A stretch of 64,000 nucleotides of DNA from Antedon mediterranea (lineage: Eukaryota; Animalia; Echinodermata): positions 23,547,175-23,611,174 of the forward strand of contig NC_092677.1 in assembly GCF_964355755.1 (NCBI RefSeq), in the 5' to 3' direction. Under the pieces are notes generated by a model that saw only the letters and a list, made by a program, of their open reading frames with translations, was not told the origin of the DNA and ran no database searches. The position numbers were made by a program, and so were the translations under genes. Positions 13,338 through 28,400 of this stretch are shown in pieces. Positions within the stretch are counted from its first letter, which is position 1; each line of letters opens with the position of its first letter.

Positions 13338-16224
13338 TATGTCGAACATTCATCATACTTAACCGATTTAATCATCAAGAATATTGCTAACAGCATTTTG
13401 TATTCGATAACCATATTTGACATTAACATTTTTTTTAAAAACCTTTTCCACTGCAGCACGATGGATGTAGAATTTAACCAATAGCTGATATTATTACTGG
13501 AATTTGGCAAATTTTGATGGGTAAATTCAAATATTAATTGTGTGGCACACTTTGACATGCATTTGTTTATTCATGTTTTTTACTTATCGTTAAGTAATAA
13601 ATCACCAACATATATTCTACAACTCAATTTCAGTAAACACTAAGAAATGGTATAAGAAAATATATAAACATGATAGAAATGCTATAAACATAGATTAAAA
13701 CGCAAGACAATTTTTAAGGAAAGTTTATATTAGGAAATGTTATTTTAAAGCATTTCTATATTAATTTTATCATTTTCTATGAATAAAATCCAGTAGTACG
13801 GTATATATATCTTTTTTGTACAGTAGTTGAATAATGACATAATGAATGTGTTGACTATGGTATACAGTATGTATGTCAATTCGTGGAGTGTATTACATTT
13901 ACTTGTCAGATTCTAAAAGCACTACTGCAGGTGTATTGTGCAAGAAATGCATTCAATGATGACATTTAGACTTTACTGATGGGAGATTTATGATTTAATA
14001 TTTAATATCTATGAATTACATATGTATACCATTATTGAATAATTAACTATATCATAAATTGTACGATAGAGATGTTCCACATTTAATAATTTTTAATTAC
14101 ATTCTGTAAATAAAAGATCATTACATTATATCTCTATAGTTTGTTGTCTCTATAGTGTTTTGTTGTTGTTAACATTTGTTATTACTAAACTGTATGATGT
14201 GTAAGCTGGATATATAAAAATTCACAAAGTTGTAGTGCAATTAGCCTAATCAATCAATCATCAGCACTAAAGACAAAAAAAAAAACACAAAATAAAATAT
14301 CAGGGGAAATGATATGTAGGGAAATTATACTTTAGACAGAGAGTGCCCTTCTATCAATGTCATTTGTTGTAGTTTCATCAACCCCACAATTTATAATAAA
14401 CTTCCCTATTGGCTTCCAATTGGCAAACTTTATTGGCTTAAAAAAACATATTTTACATGGATAATATTATTATTTGTTTTGATTTATTATATTATAGAAA
14501 AACATGATAAATGTGCACGCAATATTATTCAAATGTCCAAATATGGAAGTGAAATTTCTTTATTGTATATTTTTACTTGAGGAAAAGGAAACTATCTTAA
14601 ACTTGTCATTTGTTTTTCTTACTAATTGTTAAGTTGATGTATTTAGATGACATAGATACGTTGCCTTTAGATGCATCCAGTATAAATTGTGAAACTTTAT
14701 ATTCTGATACAGTGTTTAATACAAGTTCACATCCAGATATAAATCAATATTGTTTGGCATTAGGTATAATAATAGTTAATGGCGAAGTTGGGCGTGTTTC
14801 TCTACTGAACAAGATGCTATTAGAGTTTAATGTCAAAGATCATAATACAGGCCTGTTTCCTCTGCATACAGTATCTTCAGAATAAGTTATAAATAATAAA
14901 TTATAAAATATTGTATTACACAGTATGGTATATTTATACCGTATTGCTACAATTACTATCCTAGGTAGCCATGTTAATATTTTTAACGAAACAGCGTAAA
15001 TTTATAAATAAATACCATATTTTAACCATAAATTTGGTGGGAAAATGAAGTATATTTTATATGGTACATTTTTTCGAGCATCATTTATACTGTAAAATAT
15101 ACAGTGTTTATTAGGCAGCAGAAACAGGCCCTATGAAATAAGATGCCAGAAATAGTAGAATGAAAACCTGCAGTGGAAGACCAACCACACAGCCTCTTGT
15201 GTCTCCTTTCTACACAGCAAATGTGAGTTTAAGCGATTTTAAGCGATTTTCATTCAATTCGACGCATTTAATATTACTTGTACAGTAGATAATTATATTC
15301 TTTATATTCTGGTTCTGGCATGGCAGTGAAAACTGAATTGCAGAACAACATTTTTAGTTTTTAATTTAAATATATATAAAAAGACAAGAGGATTATTTAT
15401 AAAATAAAAGAATATGCTGTATTTATTAAAAGTACCAATGGTCTAACTGATTATTTTCACTTGAGTTGAGAGCCCTTGATCTACTTAGCTTGGCTAATCT
15501 GTCGGATCTTGATCTTAAAAGCTTAAAACATTAAACCATTCTTAATGAATCGGAATGGCCATCAAAATGAATACCTAAAGAAAAAACAAAAAAATACATA
15601 TTCTCAAACACAAATGTATGCAACTTTTCAACATACTCTCAAACAAAACAAAACATCTTGAAGGTACTAACATTTAAATCCTCTATGACAGAAAGGTACA
15701 AATGTGGCATGTCAATGTTACTGTATTATTATTTAGGTATATTATTACTATGTTTAAGTCATACTCATTACAATAGATGCACAACAGCCGTGTAATACAT
15801 TAAAACAATCATCTTTAATCATTATGAATTTATTTTGATAAAATTCATTGTCACAATATCATTTTGTTAAATTATACATTTATTTATTAAATATTATTAT
15901 CCGCATATATTATACAATTTTGTAATCTCAGTGAATACATTGCAACATAACGTTCTCTGCCATAATTAATACCCCTTGGGGCAAGAATTAAACTGGTAAA
16001 AATAATCTTTGAAACAGGATGTATTAGACACAAAATGGATGGATTTGATATTCTTTCAGTCTTACTGTATCCCTTACGGAGAAATAATTGGAAATATAGA
16101 ATTAAATAATCTTTCACATTGGCTGGCAAGGGATACATAAGACATAGATGAATGGCTTTGACATTCTATCCACCTTATACCTTAGGCAAATGAAGATTGT
16201 TGACTTTCATTTATCTTCCATTGC

Positions 16225-16475
16225 AAATAATAATAATAATACCACATTTATATAGCGCCCTTTTCATGAGTAATCATGCTCAAAGGCTCTTTACAAGCAT
16301 TATTACCCCAGTATTTTTTGGGATCAAACACGTATGGAAACATACTCCCATAATGCAGCCGGTAACCAGCGCAAAGTTGTGTCTAGATCTAACTGGGTAC
16401 CCATTTATACACCTGGGTGTAGTGTAGTGTACTGTAGTGGTAAACATGCTTTTCCAGAGCTCTGGGTTCAAACCT
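16225..16475 (-). mobile_element. SINE fragment with L2-type 3' tail
   Basis: (AAT)n followed by ATTTATATAGCGCC, the reverse of the L2-like GGCGCTATATAAAT tail also seen at ~31865 and ~44025. Confidence 0.55.
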
Positions 16476-18613
16476 TAGTTTAGGCTAACACTAATAATTT
16501 ATCTCTTCATTTAAACTGTTTCACAACCAAACCAGATAAAATTATTTATAAAATATTCTAATAATGGTGAAAATAGAACATTTCATCTTTCACTGAATGA
16601 ATATAAAAGCCATCTGCACTCAAATTGCGTCACTCAATCATTAAATCACAATGTAAAGCTGTACTAATCGCTGAAAATAATAAATACATTAAATGGATAT
16701 TGTTTTATTTAAGAAATTTGATAAAGTAACTTTTTAGTTTCATTTCTTGTCAATGAAATTGAAAGACGGTGATCGAAAACTATTCATTTTGTTGTTCTAA
16801 TAGTTAATACAATGGAACAATACCATTAACAGTAACGGATCTAGGGTACAATAGATATTCTTTTTAAAATAATTTATATATAATATGACTGTATATGAAA
16901 TCAAAATGTATATAAAGATTTATTTTTGCAAGTAAATATTCTTTTCATTCTCTGACACAGTGGTGGTGCCAGAATTTGCCCAACAGAGGGCCATATGCAC
17001 TAAGCTACAACTGAAGCGCTGACGATATTAGACATTTAAGAGTAGTTTTAGTCACTTTTTAAAAAATGAAAATCCTTATGGGAACACATTCGCCCCGACA
17101 ATCAAGGTCAATCCTCTTTGACGGGGTCAAACACCCTCCCCATCCCAAATGTTCTGGCCTAGAAGCTTTAAATAAAAAATCTTATCTATAATTTGATATC
17201 TGCTTTTGTCAATTTGATGAGTTTTAATTTTTTTAAATAGATAGATATAAAACATATCTGTCGACTTAAAAATTTTGACAATTTGTTAACATTTATTTAT
17301 AGAATTTATAAAAAAAATCAATCATAAATCTTTATTTAAAACAGTATTTGAATTTCAACAGTAGTATTTCATGTTGTTGTCTCCCTTAAGACTTACCTAG
17401 ATAAAGTTAATGATCCTAGATTATTAGTATCCAGGCAAGTCTCAACAACACTAGTCAAGTATCAAATATATCAAGCAGTGTTAAGCTGTGATTATGCAAC
17501 CAACAATAACAATTAAAGAAGTTAGTATTGTCCCCCTGAAAATAAAATGTCTGTTGAATATGCCATTTTAATGTCACATAATAGTTATCGTTGAACAAAA
17601 ATTAGATCGAAAAAAAATGTATTTGCCTGAAAAAACAGTAATCTAAAGCAAAAAATAGTCAAATTGACTGCCAGCCAATGGATTTTTGGTTGAATTTAAG
17701 TGAAAACATTTTTTTCGCTTTTTTTTCTACGAAAGTGATTAATTTGATTAAAATGATAAAATAATCTATTCAAAGTCTGATTTTATTAATCTTTATTTTT
17801 CATGATTTTGGGAACAATACATCTTTAAGCGACAATTAACCGATAAAGTTCCTGTTGAAACAGGTTTAACCGATTTTGCTCAAGAAAAATTAACCAATAA
17901 TGATGTCAATCAAATCTCATGAAAAGATTAAGCATCAGAAATTGCCTATAGTTGTTTAAATAGTTTTCATTTCAACTGGTTCCCAGTGAAGTTACGCTAA
18001 GATGTGTAAAGTTTAATTTTTTCCATTTTTTATTATACTTTTACCTTTAATTTTTATTCAATTTTTACATAAATATCCTGTAATTCAGCCCCGACTGCGA
18101 TGACAATATTTGTTTAAGAAAAAAAACTAGGATTCTAATTTCAAGCATAACTGCCTGTTAATTAATAACAACAGGGGTAAACACACTTATATTCATTTAT
18201 GACACTCAGACAGGAGTGCAAATGGTTACCTGAAGATTGATGTCAAAACTTCTGGGCATCTGCAGTACTTAATAATTAGTTGCATCTTTAAGATTTAGTC
18301 CCAAGGGAGGAAAGGTAATTCATATTTTGGCATTCCATATGATTGATTTTGGTAATCAATTTATTGTACAGCACTACTAGCCAAAATGGATGATATGAAA
18401 CTATAGCCTTAGATTGAAACTATAGCCTTTGATTGAAACTATAGCCTTTGATTAATCAATCAAAAATTAATTCAAATCAATATATCATTTCAAATTAAAT
18501 ACAATAACATTTACTGATAATCAAATTAAAAAAAAATAAACAAATATAAAAGCACTGTAAGTGTAACATGAAAAATCTATTCATCTGTATTAATACTATT
18601 ATCTATACATTTT

Positions 18614-18760
18614 ACAGTATCATATGCAGCTTCTGTGATACAGTGTTACATATGTATCACATCTGACACCTGTATCATAGGCCAAGCCTATTGTAACATA
18701 ATACAGGTGTCACATGTAATACGTGTGACACAGTATTATAGAATATGGATATGATACTGA
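18614..18760. mobile_element. Foldback/MITE-like imperfect palindrome
   Basis: cagtatcatat...tgacacctgtat | atacaggtgtca...atatgatactg. Confidence 0.6.
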
Positions 18761-19001
18761 TATTATTATGGCAGTGATGCCATTATATGTAGAGATACAG
18801 TACAGAAAATTTGGTGATATTAACACAAAAAAATTAAATTGTAAATTTTAAACATTTTTCAATTTATATTATGACAGCATGTTGAATGTTGAGGGAATTA
18901 ATTGATTTATAATTAATCAGCATCCAATCAATCACAAGTAGGTTTATAGATTGGTCACATAATGTGTTATTATCCTATAATAATAAATATTTTGCTCTAT
19001 T

Positions 19002-19151
19002 GCTCTGTCTAAACTATCAAACTTTATGTGTGATGTGCCCATGTATGGACATGATGATGTCATCACTACTATATTTGGGCATAGCACTCCCATATTTGGG
19101 TACATCACACATTTTGTCAAACTACAGTAGTTTAATAGTGTAGACAGAGCT
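19002..19151. mobile_element. Harbinger-like MITE, same family as 11424-11538
   Basis: gctctgtctaaactatcaaa ... tagtgtagacagagct; internal sequence inverted relative to the 11424 copy. Confidence 0.7.
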
Positions 19152-19519
19152 TAATAAGTGATTGTTCACTTTTCAAATTAAAATTGGAATGACGGTCAGA
19201 ATTGCTATTATACATGTAATGTTTTCTGTTACTATGGAGCTAAGGTTTCACTGATAGACTATGAGGCACCGTTTTGTCATACAAACACGGTCGGTCTGCT
19301 AGAAATCTGTGCATGCTCATTGGTGCTTAGCCTAAATTCAGCATTTTACTTTTTTGTAACCATGCAAATTTAGGTGTATCTCGACTATACCGAATAAGAC
19401 CGTGAAATATTAGGGCAAGAGAAGAGATCTAATTTGTTGTTGTGTTGTAGAATAGTAAAACAAAGCAAGGACTAATGAAAAAAATATGTGTATATTGCTG
19501 ATTGTACCTATGGCAATAC

Positions 19520-19705
19520 TATAAGTTAGGCTGGGATATTTGGGCCTACTACTACTAGTTAGGCTTAGGGCATTTTGGCCTACTACTACTAGTTACCGTA
19601 GGCTTAGGAAATTTGGGCCTACTACTAGTTAGGCTTAGGACATTGAAGCCTACTACTACTAGTTAGGCTTAGGAAATTTGGGCCTACTACTAGCTAGGCT
19701 TATGA
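19520..19705. repeat. Short tandem repeat, ~30-38 bp x5 (AGTTAGGCTTAGG...GGCCTACTACT)
   Basis: Visible directly in the sequence. Confidence 0.8.
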
Positions 19706-21092
19706 AAAAAAGGCACGGAATATCTTTAATACAAGTATACTCTGTCATATATAGTTTACTGCTGGAGTTTGTGAAAGACTTTAGCATTATTGTCACGATC
19801 CACTCATTTTCTTACTGGCTGTGTGTAGACATTACCATGCACTAACCTAAATAACCAAAAATCTTTCACACCCATCCAACGATCCTAGTGATGTCTAAAT
19901 TCCAGCAAACCAAGATCAACAGGTGTTTTAACATTTTAAAAATAGTATATCAATTAACAAAAGAAAATTGCTAAGAAATCATTTCAAACAAACACAGTAC
20001 AGTACGCCTAACCCCAACAATAGTCATATCCAAGAATAAGGATAAAAGCATGCACAACTTAAATACATACACTGCATCTACTATTAACTTTAGAGTTTCA
20101 ATGAGTATCTCGAATCTAATGCATGGAACTCTAATGATGAACTAACAATTTCATCTTTACCTTGTTTTTCCCTATGTACTATCAACAACAGGTAATTCAG
20201 TATACACAGAATTTGTGTTTATGTCAGGTACAATGAAATAGCCATACTAAGTACTGTATAATAATTAAATTAAATAGCTATTGAAGGTACTCACTGTGAT
20301 AATAAAATGATGCAAATAAAACAAGCGTCTTCACGTATTGTTGACTTGGTCGATAATTGAAATCGTTCAACGTTGTTGCGTGATGGTCACACAAGTATAT
20401 AGGCCTACTTCTTCTCGTAATCGACTGTATATTAATATTCCTGTGTTTGTGTGAAGAGAGATCATTTTATACAGAAACAGAGTAGCACATGCACAAAGCT
20501 ATGTAATCAAGACAAACCCATACAAGAGCACGTTCATCACTGCTTCATGCATTATTCATAAGCTTCTTTCTTAACCAATCACGCTATTCTAGTTTCTAGA
20601 TTTCTAATAACTTCTATCTGAATGTACGGTTCTAAAGCAAGACAGTTTAGTGTGTGTGACTCAACTTGTATAAATTTATATCTTATGAATAATGCATGCA
20701 TTTGCACATGGTTACACATGCATGAATTTGTTGGGTTAAGTTATGAAACGTGAAATTTATGCCAGACATATTAAAATGAAAGGTATTTCAAATTTCAAAA
20801 TGAGTTGTTTATATATTATTATTATCCATGGTTATATTATCATCTAGATATATTTTCTTCAAATGACAGCACCTGTATCTGCAGGCAAAAATATAACTAT
20901 ATAATATAATAATAATATAACATAATAATAATAATAAATTTACAGTACAGTATATTTTACAATATTTTTGGTAGCAGAAATGGGCCTCAGAAGGTAATAC
21001 AAACCAAAATATTCTTAACTTTCATTTTTTTTAGAAATTTTTATATTATTAATGTTTCTTGTCCAGCAAACATTAAAATAGGATTTTAAATG

Positions 21093-22651
21093 GGGTGTCT
21101 AGAAAACTCAGATATGTCTGAGTTTTCTAGATCTAGAAAACTCAGATATCAATATCTGGGTTTTCTAGTTCCAAAATGGAACTAGAAAACTCAGATTATC
21201 AAATGACATGGCATCACAAAACCAGCGTAGTGTTGGAAATAATTTTTTTTTAGATTTCTATATATTCGTAATCTATATCTTTAAAATGAACCGTTGTTTA
21301 TTAAAATTGGTTTATTAATGAAAACATACGAGTCACTTTCTAGTTCAGGAAATCTTCATTTTGAGAAAATCAACAATAGATAGATAGATAGATCTTTCTT
21401 TATTCTAGATATTCATTCAATATTTGTACATTGTTCTTCCTTGAAGTTTAGTTAACACTTACAAATATAAACAATAAAAATGGAAAATTATAAAAACGTT
21501 TTTAAAGACTACAATATCACAGAAGCAAGAGAAAAATACAGTTAGATCAAATATGAAGTAGCGACACCAATTAGCTTGGCTTGGCCTAGCCCGCAGATCA
21601 ACGCGACAAGACTCTTTGTCAAAACTCGCTATTTTCTTCTCCATAACAGCAAACTAGTCGAAAATATCACTGTGTGGTACATAATATTATATTTTTTAAA
21701 AATATATATGGATAAAAATAACTATTAACTTCCTCAATATTCACAAAATGTTGAAACGTGTATTCGAGAAACTACGGAAGAAATCATGCTGTTCATCGTA
21801 AACAAAAGCGTCAGCCAATCAGAGAGCGTAATATATCTCTATAGCCAATCACAGTCAAGGATTCACAAATTCTTGTCAGAAATTTCAGCAACCTAACACC
21901 TTAATAAAACCAATTTCCATTGGCTAGATTAAAAAAATCCCTTAGGTTGTTAACAATTATGGTAGCTGATATATTTTTGAACAGATAGGTACCAAACATG
22001 ACGTGATTCGGTTTAGCGGTTTGTTTACAAAATCGCCGTAAAGAAAGTTGATTTTTGAGTAAACAAAAATACAATTTCCTAATGATTTTCAATGGAAACG
22101 ACTTAAATAATTGCAAAATACACATACTTGTGATATTTTTTTATGAACAAGAGTTTGATATGTTAAAGATTAGTGCAATTTTGAAATGGAAAGGTTAGGC
22201 CGTTTTTCACATTCTGAACTTCAAGGCTAAATATCTCAGAAATTCGGGTTGCGACTCTGCGCCGCTTTTGTGATGCCAGGCTTTAAATGTTTGGTTGGTA
22301 GGTCATTTGGATCATTCCATTATTAATCAGAAGGTAGCTCATTTGAAATACTAGAGTATTATTAAAACTGATTACTGTGTACGTTTTCTTACTAATATTG
22401 TAACATGTAAAAGCGGCTTAAATCATAAAGAAAATACAGTGCATGTTACCGTTAAAATGTAGGCTTAAAAATGAGGTATGTACGAGTTGGTTGAGGTACG
22501 AGGTACTGTTTAGTATTTCAAATATGCTAACCTCTAATAAAAATGGAATGATTCAGATCTTGTCTGAGTTTTCTAGATCTAGAAAACTCAGATATCTGAC
22601 TTTTCTAGATCTAGAAAACTCATATCTGAGATCTGAGTTTTCTAGACACCC
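21093..22651. mobile_element. Non-autonomous Mutator(MULE)-like foldback element
   Basis: TIR GGGTGTCTAGAAAACTCAGAT at both ends with tandem palindromic subterminal repeats; 9-bp TSD TTTTAAATG at 21084-21092 and 22652-22660. Confidence 0.85.
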
Positions 22652-23020
22652 TTTTAAATGGGCTGTGTAAAGACCCCCTTCAAAAGAGGTCATTTAATAT
22701 CAATCATTTTATAGTTTTTGTACAGTATTTTATTTTACTTTGATAAAATAAATGTGGACTGGACCTAGGATTTAATGCAAATTATACATTGTCCAAGTCG
22801 TTAACCATCTGTAAAATTTTGTATCTGTTCACGACGATTATACACCAAAAAAGATCCATAATCCAATCCAAGGTCCAAATTAAAGTCAATGAATGCAGAT
22901 AGTACCTCAATATGATGTTACTAAATCAAATTCTCCCTATTATTTCAGTACAATATTATAACAGTTTGATGTAGTCAGCTCTCCCAAAAATGTCCAGAAG
23001 AATGGGAAATTCACCCAATA

Positions 23021-23413
23021 CAGTAGAGCCTCTGTTTTACGTACCCTGATTTTACATTCCCTTGATTTTACGTACACTTAAAAATGACCGATGACATCAT
23101 CATTTTCTTACATTGAGGGCGAAATTTAACAACAACGCACAAAGCCATGTCTATTAATTATGTGAGGAACTCTGCTGTGTGAGGCAAGCAAGCTTAACAC
23201 GTGCATTCTCTCTACAGCAGCAACTGTTTTTATTGATAGAGGCAAGGCCTAGATAGTGACCACCTGCATGCTGTACAGTAGGTAAACACGGCAGCCTTTT
23301 TAGCTATGATCTACGTATTTGGGGTCAAATTAAGGTCAACCTGGATTTTTTGGATCCCATGTTTTATGTATGCCTTTCGGTCACATACCGTACCTAAAAT
23401 GAAGGTTCTACTG
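23021..23413. mobile_element. Tc1/mariner (pogo/Tigger-like) MITE
   Basis: TA|CAGTAGAGCCT...AGGTTCTACTG|TA; subterminal TTTTACGTAC repeats. Confidence 0.7.
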
Positions 23414-24314
23414 TACTGGGTTGATGCCGGGCATTTAATCAATAATAATGTTTACCCTTTAACCTGTTTATGCAATTATTTACCATGTTTTTTTTAAAAA
23501 GGTAAATCCCACAGGCTGACCCTCATAAACCTATAGATACATTGAAACAAACCAATTCAAATCTACATTATTGCAGCAATAAAATATAGGTAATGCTGCA
23601 GTAGCTGCAGTAGAATAATTTTGGATAATAATGTTTACTACACATTGATGGCTAATTAATTACTCAACATTAGTATTAGTGATCTGCATTCAAACTCACT
23701 TCCTTATATTTGATTGAAAAGCTCATAAAGAAATGATTATTAGTAATAACACTTTATGACCTACCTAAATCCTTACTGCCACTAGCGTCTCTTTCGCTCA
23801 TCAAAAAGATTCACAATTGACCTTATGAATTGCAATCGGTTCTACTAATTCTATGAGAAGGATTTGATTTAAGAAATAATAACGATAACGTCATAGGATG
23901 ACGTAACAAAGGCCACTGGAATAAACAAAGAGAATGACGTAACAATCATTGAAAAGAATCAAACCTTACTGTATTACACCAACATCGACATTCACAATGT
24001 AAGACATGTGATTTATCTACATTTATCAAAACCCAGCAACGAAATTATGCTGCACATCTGATTAGATCCGATAATGATCGGATGACGAAAAAGCTATTCT
24101 TCCAAGATGAAAAATGCTCGAAGCATGGTAGAAATACGAACACGTTATTCAAACAAGTTCTAGATAATGTTGGAATGGTCAAACAAGCCTTCATTAACAA
24201 CTCGAAGGCCCGCTTATTTTGAATCAGCATTTATTTATCATATGCCATCTAGAACACTCTGTCAGAGTTAGAGATTAAATTTTTATACAATATATATATA
24301 TATATATATATATT

Positions 24315-25484
24315 ACCAAGCGTGAAGCCGATCTTTTTTAAAGACGACGACGTGTGTAAGGACAGAGAAAGCTTTTTAACAGAGGAAAAAATCTACTTCG
24401 CACTGTGTGAACTAATTAACGGCGGAAACCTTATTAATATTGGAATACAACGAATAAGAAACCTCTGAAGGATTTACCTAAATAGACATGAAGACAGGGT
24501 AACTCTAAACACGTAATTGTATACGATACAAATCCATATCTCCAATCGAACAACAGTGTTATAGTATTAATAAAAGACGTCTCGATCTCTGTTCATATTG
24601 ATGAATTTAAGGTTTGTTTAAACAAACTTGGATGCAAGATAATAGGAGACATTCAGTATGTGAAATTTAGAATTAACGGGAAGCTATCCCAGTTCGTTAA
24701 TGGTGACAGAGCTGTCATAGTAGCACCATTCAAAGACAGTCTACCACGATTCACAAAATCAATGGATTTAATGCGAGGCTGTTCCATAAAGACAGGCTTG
24801 ACAGAAGTAACAAATGTTTCAACTGTAATGAAGATGGTCACAAAGCCAACCAATGCCCAAAAAAGTTTCAACTTACGTGCAAAAAAATGCGGAAATGATG
24901 GGCAAAATGAAAAAGTCTGTACCTCAAAAAATAGACTTACCACTGATCATCATGACACATAAGTTAACAAAAATAGTGAACAGAATAAGACAGCAAAATG
25001 TACTGCATCAATGGAATCACTATCACCCCAACGAGAAACTTTTAAAACCAACCACAGGGGAAAAGTTTACCCAAGAAATGTTCGACAAAATTGTGAAAGA
25101 AAAAACTTCTACAACAAAGGAAACGTCGAGCAATCATATTCATAGTAACAATAACGAATCAATCATCAAAGAAAGTGAAGAAGAAGAAACAAATGAAAAC
25201 AAAGAAATTCCTGGTCTCAGGCTTGCAACTACAGTAACAATATTCAAAGTAAAATTACATCATCCATCGTGGCACCAACTCAACCCAAAGCAAAGAACAA
25301 TAGTCAAGAACACAATCAAGAACAAGAACAGACACCTTCAAAGACTTCCGACGAACAAGTAAATCAGAAATCAAACAACAGCTCATCATCTAGTGCTGTG
25401 AAAAAACCCAAAAAGAAAAGAAAATGTCGTGCAAGCAGCAAGTCTCCTTACGGCCAATTTACACAGACGAGCGGTAAGTTTTAG
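24315..25484 (+). pseudogene. Degraded Tx1/L1-type LINE ORF1 with CCHC zinc knuckles
   Basis: Across frameshifts: VKPIFFKD...IGIQRIRNL*RIYL...NGDRAV...CFNCNEDGHKANQC (24815-24856)...CKKCGNDGQNEKVC, then a low-complexity basic tail. It begins right after a (TA)n run. Confidence 0.7.
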
Positions 25485-28400
25485 AGGGACTAAATAATAA
25501 TGCCTAATAACGTACTAATAAAATGTATATTTTCTTTTCACTATCTTTATACGAACAAGTCACGTCGTAGGAGTTTGTATTTCTGAATAAAGTTGCAAAA
25601 CTAGGCTAGGCCTACTACGGCACTCGTATTTATTGTCATCTTTGACTCGACGGAAGCAAAAAAAAAAGTTGTTGATAGATGACGTTATTTCAATCATGTC
25701 GTTGGTTGGCCAGAATCCATTATCGCGCGGTATTTTCACAAAATCAAATCTGTTTCGATCCTGAGCGGATTTCCACTCAACCGCTCCGCGTTCTGTGTAA
25801 ATGGTCATAAGAAATAACATAGATTCTATTTTTGCGTTTTCCGCTCAACTTTACCGCTTTAAATGGATTCGGATAGTCGGGATTTTTACAGGTGTAGTGA
25901 AGGGGGGGGGGGGGGAAAGATCTTTTTTATGCAAAATGAAATGGGGAGGGAAGATGGAACACTTGGGGAGAGGGGTTTGGATGGTGTTTTAGTCCTACTA
26001 GCCTATGCTGTTAGATGTAATGTGCCTGTTGGCTACTGTAGGTATCAATGGTTAATCAGTTGTCATACAAAAAGTTAAGCACTGCTGATCACTAGTTTGA
26101 AAATGGCCACCCCATGGTTCACAATCCCACATCATTGCTAGGCCAAAACTAACATTTTAAAGGATATTTGTTAGAGGGTTTATGGTCAACAGTTTTTTTC
26201 ATCATATAGCCAATGAATTGAATGTATGGGTACCAAAACTGAAAACTTTCAATTTTGGCAAAGGAAGTACTGTAGGAATACCTTGGGTGTCATTCAAATG
26301 CTGGAGCAATAAACATCACTGCCTTGACTGAAACATTGTACTACAATTTTAATATGACACTTTAATAGTTTTCACATCACCATATTTTAAATAGGCAATA
26401 ATAATAAAATCCCAAAGGTGGCATTGATCATTTTTGAATGAATATAAATGATGTATTAAATGCAAATGTAGCATACTAATAATGTAATATTCACATAAAG
26501 CATCTAGGCTGAAGGTGAAAATAACATGCCTCCTTTTATTAGTTGCACCAGCTACAATAGGAGGGAAGGAGAGTACTTAGCAAGTCTAAATAAAGCCAGC
26601 AAATTGAATTTCGGCCTGTAAATTGTTGACACCTAGGTATTACTGAAGCCACAAGAACATTAATTTTACCAGTAGGCCTAATCTAATGTTTTTCTATTTT
26701 ATTAATGGTAGCCTTCACCTAAAGTTTATTTCTTTAGAGTTATTGTGATCACCATCCACATTTATAAATAATAAAAGATTTATTAAGAAAATGTATGTAT
26801 TATTTGTGGAAAAATAATAAACAAACAAAACTGTGTAAGGTTTTTCTCTTATTTTACCAACATAGGCCTTTCTGTTATTACCCATAAGACCTTTCTTTTA
26901 TTTTACCCACAAGGCCTTTCTTTCATTTTTTTTACCCACAAGGCCTTTCTCTTATTTTACTGATCATAACTGGAAAATGGTCCAGAATGTATCATGAAAC
27001 ACAGTTGATTGAAAGAACAGGCAACGAACATGCAAGGAAACCTAACCAAATGTAGTACGATACAAATACATAAAAATTAATTATTGTGTATGATTTTATG
27101 ATTTTGATACATTATTTTAAGCAAAAGGATACAAGATACAAAGCCACCTACAATTCCATTTAGTGGGAAGTGGGAAGATAAAAATACAAAATTAAATTTT
27201 AAATTAAAACGAATTAAGAAATTGTATTTATTCAATACATGACATGCCGGGAAAGCCTTTAGGGCACAACTTGGTTGACACCTGTGCATTAAAATATAAT
27301 AAGACTCACCTTTTAAGCAGTCATTAACAGTAGCAGTAGAAGATGGAATAGCGTTCAAGATGAGTGCAAGGTCTGTAAAACAATATTAAAATAAGAGTAC
27401 TTAACCTTTTGTTCAAAACCCAAATTAGATTCTTTTACACATACAGAAAACTCACACTTATGACGAAGAAACAATAAAGACAAATCAGTGAGCCACGACG
27501 AATAACAGAATTAGCTCATCACGTCATTTGCGTGACCAAAGGATATTGAAAATAGCCCAAACATAGCTCAAGTGAGTACTTGATAATTCAGGCCTTGTCT
27601 TTTAAGGAGAGTGAGTGCGATCACTCACCTGACACACTCCTAAACTGCACTTGAGGAGTGTGCGATTTACAACATGCCTAAATTTGGTAAACTTCTACAC
27701 ACCAAAATACAAACAGCACACCTACAACAGGAGTGCAATTTGTAGCACACCTATGATTTTCAAAAGACAAGCCTGATAATTAGTTTTATCGGAAGTTAAA
27801 TTTATTATACAATAAAGACAATGTTTGCAATTAGGCTTATGAAAGAGGAAAAATATCTAAATTTGAAAAAATAAAATGCAAAGATAAAAGACTAAGTTTT
27901 CTTCATTTTATACGTTTTTTAAAAGTATGGATTCACTAATTGGTTAATATATAAATGGGAGAATATTTTCATTGGTTAAGAAGTTGACCGCTATTGAATG
28001 AGGCCAGCTTGAATAGTTAGGCTCATCAATTTGATTTTTACCTACTGCCACAAGGAGGTTATGTAGAAAAGCCTATATTATATTTATATTGGGAAGTTAT
28101 ACTTAGGCACTATACATTTACTCGGAGTTCCGTTTTTTCTAGTTATCATTTTGTTTGCTATAGCTTTTGTCTCAAGTACGACTACAATACGTATTACTTA
28201 TCGTTAAAGACAACCAATTGAACAAGTTTTATTATAAATAATGTTATTATTTGACGGTTGCAGAAAAGACATATAATGGCCGAAATCAATATGTTATTAA
28301 CTGGTAATCATGTACAATTCAAAAATAAAAATATTTACATGTCTACAGTATACAAAATTGCAATTTAACACTGCATGTAATAATGTGTAAAGATGATCTT

